The notes beneath the pieces are model-generated. The model made no database searches and had not been told where the DNA came from. It saw only the letters and a program-made list of their open reading frames with translations. 64,000 nt of DNA from Candidatus Altimarinota bacterium (GTDB taxonomy: Bacteria > Patescibacteriota > Gracilibacteria > CAIRYL01). The DNA lies in the NCBI GenBank assembly GCA_965250085.1, contig OZ252287.1:121065-185064 (forward strand). The letters are read 5' to 3'. The translations under genes and the position numbers were made by a program. Of this stretch, positions 28,247 to 37,029 are shown one piece after another (positions within the stretch are counted from its first letter, which is position 1; every line of letters begins with the position of its first letter).

Positions 28247-28285
28247 GGAGCAGGTGTTCTGAGAGAAGCGAATGACACCTGCTCC
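28247..28285 (+). terminator. 11-bp-stem hairpin after the small membrane-protein gene (terminator candidate)
   Basis: GGAGCAGGTGT (28247-28257) pairs perfectly with ACACCTGCTCC (28275-28285), with a 17-nt loop. Followed by TATAAATCCCTTCTTTT, so the T-tract is weak. Confidence 0.35.
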
Positions 28286-28315
28286 TATAAATCCCTTCTT
28301 TTAGCTCATAAAAAC

Positions 28316-28444
28316 ATGAAAGTAGTCACCTCTTCAGCCGGCATCGCTAGTGGCAGTGGCAGTACGTGCACAGTTGATTTGAGTGGATGTAGCAGTCAGG
28401 ACATGTCCCCGCTAGCGCGCGTTTGTAACGCGTGCAATAAATAA
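28316..28444 (+). pseudogene. relic of an Rhs core segment
   Basis: The 42-codon reading 'MKVVTSSAGIASGSGSTCTVDLSGCSSQD...' matches 'MKVATYSAGIASGSGSTCTVDLSTCTGEG' of the main Rhs (about 24670-24750) for ~25 residues and then diverges. Confidence 0.55.
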
Positions 28445-28460
28445 ACACTTTCAAGAATCC

Positions 28461-29426
28461 ATGTCAAAAAACTATACCTCTAACCCCCATGCAGTAACAG
28501 AAATAGCTGGTGTACCCTACTCCTACGATCCCAACGGCAATCTCACCTCCAATGATACCTGGAATCACTCTTGGGATTATAAAGACCGACTGCTGAGCAG
28601 TGCAGATGGAAGTACAACGGTGAACTATGAATATGATGAGGGAGGCAATAGAGTGAAGAAGGTGAATACCTCAAGTGGGAAAGAAACCGTGTATGTGAAT
28701 GAATACGTAGATATTGAGGATTCTGACCCTTCGACCGGCTCAGGACCTGCGGCAGTGAAAAATCATATCTATGCTGGAGGAATGAAGATAGCAACGTATT
28801 CTGAGGGTATTGCCAGTGGCACAGGGAGCACCTGTACAGTTGACCTCAGTGGATGTGCTGGAGAAGGAGACACATCTCCACTCTGGGAGAATGAAACTTC
28901 ACTCTCTGGAGTTTTGCAGGAAGAAGCTCATTATCTAGAAATCTCTGGAGATATGTGTGTGGTGTCTCTGGAGGGAGGAGAACAGGTTGCATGGCCAACA
29001 GAATCTGAACCCTCTTGGTGGTGTGGAGAAGTGAGTATTCCTGTCTTTGATAGTGATATTGTGTATCACCATGAAGATCACTTAACGGGATCAAATGTAG
29101 ACACCGATGACACAGGAAACCTCATTCAGCTCTTAGACTATTATCCCTATGGAGATGTGAGGCTGGATGAACAGTCTTCTTCTTATGAAAATGACTATAA
29201 GTTTACGGGCAAGGAAAAGGATGAGGATACGGGGCTGTACTACTATGAAGCACGGTATTATGATAGTAGTATTGGGAGGTTTGTGAGTTTGGATCCTTTG
29301 GTAAAAGTGTCTCCAGAGGTTTTCTTAGTTGATCCACAGCAACTTAACGGTTACTCATATGTTTCAAACAATCCCTTAAATGCTATCGATCCTGATGGAC
29401 TTCTTACTATTTTTATTCATGGGTGA
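28461..29426 (+). pseudogene. second orphan Rhs-core cassette, truncated or frameshifted right after the DPDGL motif
   Basis: The 321-aa ORF is collinear with the last ~290 residues of the main Rhs shell and core. It ends 'AIDPDGLLTIFIHG*' at a TGA following a GGG run. Confidence 0.7.
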
Positions 29427-29706
29427 TGACACTGAAATACCTGACGGAGCACAAATCCTCTCAGAGCGAGGACTTCTTGATCTGGACACTGAGTATAAAT
29501 ATGTCAACAAAGGTCAATTTGAAAGATCTGAAAAAGATACATGGGTTGAAAGTGGAAAAAATCCTGATTTTGCTGGTTCAGCTCAATGGTTTAGAGATTG
29601 CGTTATATCTGATACGTTCTTCTTGAATGATAGATTTCCTAACACTCAGTATCCAAATCGGGGTTCGCGTCGCGTGCTCAGGGTCAACTTGAACTTTGAA
29701 TCTTAA
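29422..29706 (+). pseudogene. out-of-frame ~94-aa putative C-terminal toxin module of the second orphan cassette
   Basis: The +1 frame continues open from the junction as 'GDDTEIPDGAQILSERGLLDLDTEYKYVNKGQFERSEKDTWVESGKNPDFAGSAQWFRDC...NLNFES*'. Skipping one G of GGG (29421-29423) would fuse it in frame to '...LLTIFIH'. Confidence 0.35.
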
Positions 29707-29736
29707 ATTTTTCTTACACTTTAGCTTTATCCTTCT

Positions 29737-29761
29737 AGACCGCCTCATGGCGGTCTTTTTG
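29737..29761 (+). terminator. Rho-independent terminator closing the Rhs array
   Basis: AGACCGCC-TCAT-GGCGGTCT (8-bp GC-rich stem, 4-nt loop) followed by TTTTT. Confidence 0.8.
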
Positions 29762-29834
29762 TATGGCAAGCAAAATTTCTTCAGTACAAAAGCGAATGCC
29801 CCTGCATTACCTGCTTTATTTCAAGAGTGTTTTT

Positions 29835-29843
29835 TGGTATAAT
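29835..29843 (+). promoter_or_regulatory. extended -10 promoter element (TGGTATAAT)
   Basis: A TGnTATAAT match lies 26 nt upstream of the ATG at 29870. The -35 is weak. Confidence 0.4.
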
Positions 29844-29869
29844 GATCGGAACACTGAACACAAAAAGAC

Positions 29870-32323
29870 ATGACGCTCAAAGCAGAGTTTTTCTTAAATC
29901 GGATTCTCAATGTTTCTCATAACGAATGGGGGAGAATAACAGCGTCCTGGATTCTTCGATTTCTTTTGCAGACTTCTACGGTATTAGGATTTATCCTCAT
30001 GACCGCTTTTTTTGTAGAACAGCAGGGGATAGAGCGCCTTCCTCTTCTCTTTGTGCTTGAATCTCTTTTTGCAATCGGAGGCTCTTTTGCTCTTGGAAAT
30101 TTTTTAAAAACAGTGTCTCTCAAAAAACTTTTTGTTTTTGGGACATGTTTTAGTGCTTTTTTTATTTTTCTAGCAGCTCTTTCTCCTCACACTTCTCCTC
30201 TTTTTTGGGGACTGCTTCTCTTTACCTATTCGGTCTGTATTGTCCAGCTCAACATCATCATGGTTCTCTTTATTGAAGAACTTTTTACCCCCCTGGAAAG
30301 CGATCATACCTTTCCTGTCGTTGAGTCGGCAGAACCATTTGGCACACTTCTTGCTGGGGCTGCAGCAGCTGGAGGAGTACTGCTTTTTAATATGCACGCC
30401 TATAGTTTTCTCTGGATGTGGATGGGAGTTATGCTTCTGATGCTGCCGGCAATGGGACTGCTCAAGGTGCAATTAGAACCAGTTCCAATGCCAAAATCCC
30501 GTGAAAGTGTTGCACAAAGAACTTCTCCTTGGGAGCAGATGCGCAATATGATAGAGCATATGACAACGATTCCTTTCTTAAAGGGACTTTTTTTGATCGT
30601 ATTGTTTCATTATATCGCATTTCACCTTGTTGAATTTGAATTTACCAAGGCAATAGATATCGATTTTGCTTCGCGTAAGACGCACATGAGTGAAGCAGAC
30701 GCGCTTACTCACGGGCTTGGGAAGTTTCATATTTTTATTTCTCTGATATTTCTCTTCTTCCAACTTATATTTGCAAGCCGAATTATAAAAACTATTGGAA
30801 TCGTACGCACTATGGTTGTACACCCAATTCTTTCTTTTCTCGGATCTTTTTTCCTTTTTCTCAAATTTTCACTGGTGAGCTCCGTGGGGACAAAAACCAT
30901 ATTCGAGGTTTTTGGAGGAATTCAGAGAGATGCATATCATGCGTCCTTCTACGCACTTCGGCCAAAGATTCGCAATCAAGCAAAAGAATTTTTAGAGGGG
31001 ATTGCTCGACCACTCGGAATGCTTCTGGGAACGATCTTACTTATTTTCCTCCAAAATGTATTTTCAGAAAGCTTTCAAAATGCTGCATTTTCCGCAGCAC
31101 TTATGCTGATTTTTTCGTATATGGCATTTGAAAGCATACGGCTGATTCAAAAATACACATTTCTTGCTAAGAAAAACCTAGAAACAAAGGGGAATGCTCC
31201 TGAAAAAATAGATGCTATTGAGATTCTCGCTCAAATGGGTCACAAAAATGCTGCTCAGCATTTGATCAAGTCACTAGAATTTCGAAAGGATCAACCGGAG
31301 GTTCGAGCAAAAATCCTTCAGACGTTGGGAGCTCTTGCAGATCCATTGGCGCTTCCAGAGATTTTAAAATTTCTTCAAGATAAACACAGAGAAGTGCAAT
31401 TTGCTGCAGTACAAGCCCTGTCTGGATACAAAAACCTTGGAAAATCTCATCTGACAAAATCTTTTTCACAGCATCGAGTAGTAGAGGTTTTGAAAGAACT
31501 TTTTGTACAGACAAAATCAAAGGAAACAAAAAGAACAATTATTGAGGTTTTTCGGAATCTTAATCAGAGAGACACTGTTCCTTTTCTCTTGGAAGCACTT
31601 GAAACCCAAGACATAGAACTCAAGGCAGATGTCATCTCGATTTGTGGACTTTTTCATGATGTTTCTACTGTGTATTATCTCGGAAAATTCTTAGACGACG
31701 AGCATCCTCGAGTGCGCTCTAATGCAATTATTGCACTCTGGAAATTCATGCCATACAGGCTCAAGCTTCTCATGAAGCTCAATACTATGTTTGAATCAAC
31801 AGATATGGACAGTATTCTTTCGGCCATTTATGCAGCTGGAGAATTGAGGCTGATCCAAGAAGTCCCACGTCTTCAAAGATTCCTTTCTCATGAGCACCTG
31901 GATGCTCAGAAGCATGCGTCTATTGCTCTTCTTAAAATGGGACATCATATCGTAATAGAAAAAGTAGTATTCTTCCTTTTGCATCAAGATCAAGAACTTG
32001 CCGAAAGCACCAAAAAACTCCTTACGAAAGTACCGCAAAAGATGCAAGAAGCATTGCAAAGATCTCTGCGCCAAAAGATGTCAAAAAGAATATCTGCTAT
32101 TCTTAAAAAATCTGATACGGAGATTCTGGAAGAGATGGAAAAGTCGGTATTGCGAGACCTGTTGGAAGCATATCAAATCCTTCAGGCTGAAAGGGAAATC
32201 CTTCAAATAGAGCAAATCTTAGAAGAAAAAGAAACAAAAACTTCAAAGGAAAAAACAACTTCGAAAGACGTACTTCATCACCAAGGAAGCGTTACGCTGG
32301 AAGATCTTTTGACTCCGATGTAA
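29870..32323 (+). CDS. polytopic MFS/TLC-like transporter fused to a C-terminal HEAT-repeat domain
   Basis: 817-aa ORF. About 430 N-terminal residues carry ~11-12 hydrophobic helices. The C-terminal half has HEAT/PBS-lyase-type repeats ('ALPEILKFLQDKHREVQFAAVQALS','DDEHPRVRSNAIIALW','SHEHLDAQKHASIALLKMG'). Confidence 0.65.
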   Translation: MTLKAEFFLNRILNVSHNEWGRITASWILRFLLQTSTVLGFILMTAFFVEQQGIERLPLLFVLESLFAIGGSFALGNFLKTVSLKKLFVFGTCFSAFFIFLAALSPHTSPLFWGLLLFTYSVCIVQLNIIMVLFIEELFTPLESDHTFPVVESAEPFGTLLAGAAAAGGVLLFNMHAYSFLWMWMGVMLLMLPAMGLLKVQLEPVPMPKSRESVAQRTSPWEQMRNMIEHMTTIPFLKGLFLIVLFHYIAFHLVEFEFTKAIDIDFASRKTHMSEADALTHGLGKFHIFISLIFLFFQLIFASRIIKTIGIVRTMVVHPILSFLGSFFLFLKFSLVSSVGTKTIFEVFGGIQRDAYHASFYALRPKIRNQAKEFLEGIARPLGMLLGTILLIFLQNVFSESFQNAAFSAALMLIFSYMAFESIRLIQKYTFLAKKNLETKGNAPEKIDAIEILAQMGHKNAAQHLIKSLEFRKDQPEVRAKILQTLGALADPLALPEILKFLQDKHREVQFAAVQALSGYKNLGKSHLTKSFSQHRVVEVLKELFVQTKSKETKRTIIEVFRNLNQRDTVPFLLEALETQDIELKADVISICGLFHDVSTVYYLGKFLDDEHPRVRSNAIIALWKFMPYRLKLLMKLNTMFESTDMDSILSAIYAAGELRLIQEVPRLQRFLSHEHLDAQKHASIALLKMGHHIVIEKVVFFLLHQDQELAESTKKLLTKVPQKMQEALQRSLRQKMSKRISAILKKSDTEILEEMEKSVLRDLLEAYQILQAEREILQIEQILEEKETKTSKEKTTSKDVLHHQGSVTLEDLLTPM

Positions 32324-32387
32324 AAGATTTTTCTTTACAGAGAGAAAAAAAATCTGATATCGTAACTCCCCATTTTCTCTAATTGTA

Positions 32388-33833
32388 ATGTCATCTACAT
32401 TGAAAGCAAGCTGGGAGTCTATATTACAACAGCTTTCAAAAGATATTTCTCGGGCAAATCTGATTACCTGGTTTCAAAAAACCGCTCTTTTGGAGTTTGA
32501 AAATGGTATTCTTACAGTGGGAATTCCTCGTCAGTTTTTTTTAGCGTGGCATACTGCAAATTCGAAAGACAAAATTCAGGAAGTGGCAAAAGAGGTACTT
32601 GGAAATGTGCGATCTGTAGAATTTTCTGTTGATGGAAATTTAGATAATCCGGAGAACGAGAGTGCTATTGATGTTCTCAAGCTTTTTCCAAAAGGAGAAG
32701 TAAAAATGAGAAAACTTCCCAAGCGTGCAGAAGTGAAGATAGATGGGGAGATCATCAGCAAGATGATTTCACCCAAATATTCACTGCAAAATTTTGTGGT
32801 TGGATCAGAAAACAGACTTGCATATGCTTCGTGTAAAGCAGTAGGAGAACATCCTGGAGGCATGCAGGAAGATGGAGTATTTCCATATAATCCACTCTTT
32901 ATTTACGGCGGAGTGGGGCTCGGAAAGACGCATCTTTTGCAGGCAACCGGAAATGAAATTCTGAGAAAAAATAATACGCTCGTAGTGCTCTACCTTACAG
33001 CAGAAAGTTTCGTATCTGAGATTGTCGAAGGTATACAGAAAAGAAAAATGGAAAAAGTGCGTGAAAAATATCGTAAGGTAGATGTCCTTATTCTTGATGA
33101 TATTCAGTTTTTTGCTGGAAAAGATCGAAGTCAGGAAGTTTTTTTCCATATCTTTAATGATCTGTATGACGCTGGGAAACAAATCATTTTATCATCAGAC
33201 AAACCTCCAGCAGAGCTAGAACTCACAGCAGATCGACTGAGGAGTAGATTTTCTATGGGGCTTGCTATTGATGTGCAGTTTCCTGATTACGAAACGAGAC
33301 TTGCTATTGTGCGTATGAAAGCACAAGAAATCGGACTGGTGTTAGAAAATGAAATTTTAAATTTTATTGCCTTTAATGTTCACCATTCAATTCGAGAAAT
33401 AGAGGGTGTTCTTCGTGAAATCCGTGCTCAGGAAGAATTTGAAGGTGTAAATCCTACTATAAAAGGCGCAGCACTTATTCTGAGAAAGCTCTATAAAGAT
33501 CAAGATATTGTCGGATATGATGAAGAACGAAATGTCCCTGGTCCAGTGAGAAGTATGGATGACATTGTGGAACAGGTCGCTGACTTTTATTCAGTCACCA
33601 AGACTGACGTGCTGGGAAAGGCGCGTAATCGGGAGTTTGTTATTCCTCGGCAAGTCGCTATGTTTTTCTGTAAAAAATATCTCCGATTCTCACTGCAACG
33701 CATTGGCACTTTTTTTAGTGGACGTGATCATACTTCGGTGATTCATTCTCTCGATATGGTAAAAAAGAGAAAAAAAACGGATCCTCAGTTTTGGAGAGAT
33801 ACAAATACCCTTCGAAAAGAACTCGGATTTTAA
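32388..33833 (+). CDS. dnaA: chromosomal replication initiator DnaA
   Basis: 481-aa ORF. Walker A 'GGVGLGKTHLLQA', Walker B 'VLILDDIQFFAGKDRSQEVFFHIFNDL', 'RLRSRFSMGLAIDVQFPDYETRLAI', and domain IV 'PRQVAMFFCKKYL..SLQRIGTFFSGRDHTSVIHS'. Confidence 0.95.
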   Translation: MSSTLKASWESILQQLSKDISRANLITWFQKTALLEFENGILTVGIPRQFFLAWHTANSKDKIQEVAKEVLGNVRSVEFSVDGNLDNPENESAIDVLKLFPKGEVKMRKLPKRAEVKIDGEIISKMISPKYSLQNFVVGSENRLAYASCKAVGEHPGGMQEDGVFPYNPLFIYGGVGLGKTHLLQATGNEILRKNNTLVVLYLTAESFVSEIVEGIQKRKMEKVREKYRKVDVLILDDIQFFAGKDRSQEVFFHIFNDLYDAGKQIILSSDKPPAELELTADRLRSRFSMGLAIDVQFPDYETRLAIVRMKAQEIGLVLENEILNFIAFNVHHSIREIEGVLREIRAQEEFEGVNPTIKGAALILRKLYKDQDIVGYDEERNVPGPVRSMDDIVEQVADFYSVTKTDVLGKARNREFVIPRQVAMFFCKKYLRFSLQRIGTFFSGRDHTSVIHSLDMVKKRKKTDPQFWRDTNTLRKELGF

Positions 33834-33893
33834 GAAACTTCCTTTTATCAAGAGAGGTGAGACGAATCTAAGAACAAAGTCATCCCCCTCCAA

Positions 33894-33912
33894 CTCCCCC
33901 TAAAAGGGGGAG
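33894..33912. terminator. bidirectional hairpin between convergent dnaA and ribH
   Basis: CTCCCCC-TAAAA-GGGGGAG (7-bp stem), with further C-rich and G-rich flanks that could extend the stem. Confidence 0.55.
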
Positions 33913-33920
33913 GGGAATCA

Positions 33921-34388
33921 TTAAGAATTTTTCCCTAATTCTTCATTCATATTCATCATCTGTGTCAGGCTACTGGAAAAGTCATAGCCTTTTTCCAGAC
34001 GCTCAATTGCTTGTTCGGGATTATTTACGGCGAGAATACCATTGATAATGGGAATGGTTCCTTCTAAATTTAATTCCATGACGCCTCTGGCAGATTCATT
34101 TGTCACAATTTCAAAATGACGAGTTTCTCCTTGGATAACGACTCCGAGAGCAATAATTCCATCAAAATCTCCAGTGTCCATTATTCTTTTGACCGAAAAC
34201 GGAATTTCCAGAGCTCCTGGAACGGTGAATACCTCCATTGCTTCTGCAGAGACAGAGCACTTCTTGAGTCCTTTGATGGTCACGTCAGCAAGTTTGTCGA
34301 CCAATTCTTCATTAAATTCGGTGCGCACAATTGCTACGGAAAATGGCTGTAGGGCCTTTGGGAAATTAGAAAAAGAGAAGAGAGACAT
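33921..34388 (-). CDS. ribH: 6,7-dimethyl-8-ribityllumazine synthase
   Basis: 155-aa ORF. 'VAIVRTEFNEELVDKL', 'VPGALEIPF' and 'IIALGVVIQGETRHFEIV' match the RibH signature regions. Confidence 0.9.
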   Translation of the reverse strand: MSLFSFSNFPKALQPFSVAIVRTEFNEELVDKLADVTIKGLKKCSVSAEAMEVFTVPGALEIPFSVKRIMDTGDFDGIIALGVVIQGETRHFEIVTNESARGVMELNLEGTIPIINGILAVNNPEQAIERLEKGYDFSSSLTQMMNMNEELGKNS

Positions 34389-34433
34389 ATGTTCAAATCA
34401 AAAGCTGCAGGCTATAAATTCAAAAGAATCCGA

Positions 34434-35696
34434 CTAAAAGGTCAAGATTTCAGGAGCAAACATAAGGAGTAGTCCGAGCGCGAGCATCAACAACCCTCCG
34501 ATGACATTAGAAGCCTTTGCATATTTATAAGTGAGACCTATCTTTTCAATGGAATATAAAGCAATACCAAAAACAATCAGGTCATCAATCATGTAGGCAA
34601 AAATATAAAGAACTATGTACCAGATTTTTTCCAAGAGGCTAAAGTTAGAGAGGTGCAAGATTTGTGTAAAAGTTTGAGGGATTCCAAAGCTACAGGCAAA
34701 TTCAATAATATTGACCGAAAATGCGAGAAGAAGGATCGCAAAGAGTGTTGCGAGAGTAAGAGGAGAGTGTGATATGTCATGAATTTTTTGTGTTATACGT
34801 TTTTTTTGTTCCACATTGGTGACCTTGCAGGTGCCGTCTGAAAAAAGACCTTCGTGCAGAAAAAAGAATCCTGACCCCATTGCAACAAGCCCTACTATAG
34901 GCGTCACCCATTGCTCAAGCCCCACAAAGTTCCAGGTGGTGAACCAGAGCGTCAAAATAAGCCCATACATGATCGCTTCTGCGAATAAAAAGATCCCCAC
35001 TGTGACAAACATGCGAAACCGATCACCTATTTGAATAAGGGCCAGAATAAAGACAATGAGTACCCACATGGCGCAGGGATTGAATCCATCAATAAATCCA
35101 AGAAGAAAAGAAAGCAGAGTGGGACTTTGGAAAGCAGAAATATCTACTTCTCCCCAAAATGGCACCGTTACCATGACAGGAGCAATAGCGCAGTCTGTTT
35201 CACCCTCATCGCAAGTAGAAGCTTCAAAAGAAAATGGTTCTAAGTCTTCTCGTTGTTCCCAGATTTTTGAAAAAGAAGGATGCGGGACATTCTCTTCATA
35301 ATATTTTTGAAATCTGCTGCCCATGTTTTCTGGAGAATCAAACCCCACAAAGACTTCTTTTCCAATGATTGTTATGGGTGTGCTTTTGGCAAGAGAGAGT
35401 TCATCGGACAGAGTTTTGAACATCTCGGCAGCGGTGTTATCTTTTTCAATATCAAGGATTTGATATTCAAGACTTTGATCTTGTTCTTTCCACGCAGAGA
35501 GAAAAGATTTTTCATCTTGGCAGTGAGAGCATTTTTCTCTGGCAAATACAGTCAAAACAGCAGCGTCATTATATTCAGACTCAGAAACAGAAGATTCTTT
35601 TTGCACAAAAAAACTCAGAGCAGAAAACACAATGGTGGCAACTGCTACAAAAAAGAACAGACGAGATTTTTTATTTTGGAAAGAAAGAAAGGACAT
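34434..35696 (-). CDS. glutaredoxin/thioredoxin-like CxxC domain fused to a CcdA/DsbD-type membrane thiol-disulfide transporter
   Basis: 420-aa ORF. N-terminal TM, then 'VFAREKCSHCQDEKSFL' (CxxC), followed by ~6 TM helices including 'GFIDGFNPCAMWVLIVF' (CcdA-type NPC motif). Confidence 0.7.
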   Translation of the reverse strand: MSFLSFQNKKSRLFFFVAVATIVFSALSFFVQKESSVSESEYNDAAVLTVFAREKCSHCQDEKSFLSAWKEQDQSLEYQILDIEKDNTAAEMFKTLSDELSLAKSTPITIIGKEVFVGFDSPENMGSRFQKYYEENVPHPSFSKIWEQREDLEPFSFEASTCDEGETDCAIAPVMVTVPFWGEVDISAFQSPTLLSFLLGFIDGFNPCAMWVLIVFILALIQIGDRFRMFVTVGIFLFAEAIMYGLILTLWFTTWNFVGLEQWVTPIVGLVAMGSGFFFLHEGLFSDGTCKVTNVEQKKRITQKIHDISHSPLTLATLFAILLLAFSVNIIEFACSFGIPQTFTQILHLSNFSLLEKIWYIVLYIFAYMIDDLIVFGIALYSIEKIGLTYKYAKASNVIGGLLMLALGLLLMFAPEILTF

Positions 35697-35769
35697 TGAA
35701 TAGACGATAAGTTATAGATTTCAAGTTATAAATTTTCTATACTCCCAGAGAACATATATCGTACTAAAA

Positions 35770-36414
35770 ATGCCAGATTTTGATCTTACTGTCACGCGAA
35801 AAAAAGTAAAAAATATGCGATTAAAGATCTCTGCCAGAAATACTGTAGAACTCATACTTCCATATTTTCTCCCTAGGAAATTTGGACTTCGCTTTGTGGA
35901 ACAAAAAAAAAACTGGATTCAGAAGCATTTACAGAAAAAAAAGATTCATATTCGAGAGAAATTTCAATATGGAGGAATATCTTATATTCCTGAGCTTTTT
36001 CGTAGCACTGCGCCAGGAGATATTATCTTCAGGGAAAAAAAAGTATGGATTGGTGCCAAGAACAAAAATGAAGCACAGAAGTGCTTTCAAAATTTTATAA
36101 AAAATAAGGCAAAAGAAATTTTGCCTCTAGAACTTAAATACTTGAGTAAGACAACTCGTGTTCAGTTTGCAAAAGTAACAGTGCGATCTCAAAAATCCCG
36201 ATGGGGGAGTTGCAATCCTAAAGGGAATATTTCACTCAATAGCACTCTTCTTCAACTCGATCCAGAGGTGAGAGAATACGTGATGATTCATGAACTCTGT
36301 CATATCAAGGAAATGAATCATTCTGCTGCATTTTGGGAATTGGTGGAAAAATACTGTCCAGATTTCAGAATCCATCGAAAGAAACTCAGGACATATGCAC
36401 TCACAGTTTTTTGA
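35770..36414 (+). CDS. YgjP-like (DUF45/M48-type) zinc metallohydrolase
   Basis: 214-aa ORF. 'SRWGSCNPKGNISLNSTLL' and 'YVMIHELCHIKEMNHSAAFW' (HExxH...NHS) are typical of the family. Confidence 0.8.
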   Translation: MPDFDLTVTRKKVKNMRLKISARNTVELILPYFLPRKFGLRFVEQKKNWIQKHLQKKKIHIREKFQYGGISYIPELFRSTAPGDIIFREKKVWIGAKNKNEAQKCFQNFIKNKAKEILPLELKYLSKTTRVQFAKVTVRSQKSRWGSCNPKGNISLNSTLLQLDPEVREYVMIHELCHIKEMNHSAAFWELVEKYCPDFRIHRKKLRTYALTVF

Positions 36415-36453
36415 TTCCACTTCTCATGCGTTTGTATCTACTTCATATGAAGT

Positions 36454-36915
36454 TTATCCATCAAGAGTAGCTACCGGCACCACATCCCCTCCAGAGTGAA
36501 GAACGTAGTGAGTGCGTACCGATATCGAATGTCGTATAACTTTTTGAGCAAAATCCAGAAGGTCCTCTCCATTTTTTGGAAGTGAGAATTTGATTTTAAT
36601 ACCTGTGTCATCTCCAGAAACAAAAATGCCATCTTTTTCAGGAATCATATCTTTGTTTTTTGGGAAGTAGAGTTTTGACCGATCTGATTCTGGAATGCTA
36701 AAAGTAAAACTGGAAATGTCTCTCTCATCCCAAATGGTAGCAGCATCAATAGGAAGAAGTTCACGTAACTCACCTCTTGTTGCCCCTGCAACAATGAGTA
36801 TTTGAGGAAAATTACACACAACAATTTCATCTTGATCCAAATGAAAATCTGAGTTGTAACAGCCTTGAATAAAACATATTTTTTCGAAACTCATTGGATC
36901 CCAGAAAAAGCTCAT
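36454..36915 (-). CDS. hypothetical protein
   Basis: ORF of ~153-159 aa (start 36915 or 36933). No recognisable motif. Confidence 0.45.
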   Translation of the reverse strand: MSFFWDPMSFEKICFIQGCYNSDFHLDQDEIVVCNFPQILIVAGATRGELRELLPIDAATIWDERDISSFTFSIPESDRSKLYFPKNKDMIPEKDGIFVSGDDTGIKIKFSLPKNGEDLLDFAQKVIRHSISVRTHYVLHSGGDVVPVATLDG

Positions 36916-37029
36916 AGAGCCTATTTTTACCAATAATTAGTATATTTGTCAAATATCTGCTGATAAAAGTACTCCTTAGTATGTTTTTTAAATTGATTTT
37001 TTCGCTTATTTATGAGAGAATAATGGGAA

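Noticed and set aside
35697-35730. Shared TTATAGATT...TTTCAAG strings directly upstream of the ccdA-like gene (35711-35730) and of clpC (45340-45362), as a possible common operator.
   Set aside because: These are short AT-rich matches with different spacing to the start codons. Chance similarity is plausible in AT-rich promoter DNA, and two instances are not enough.
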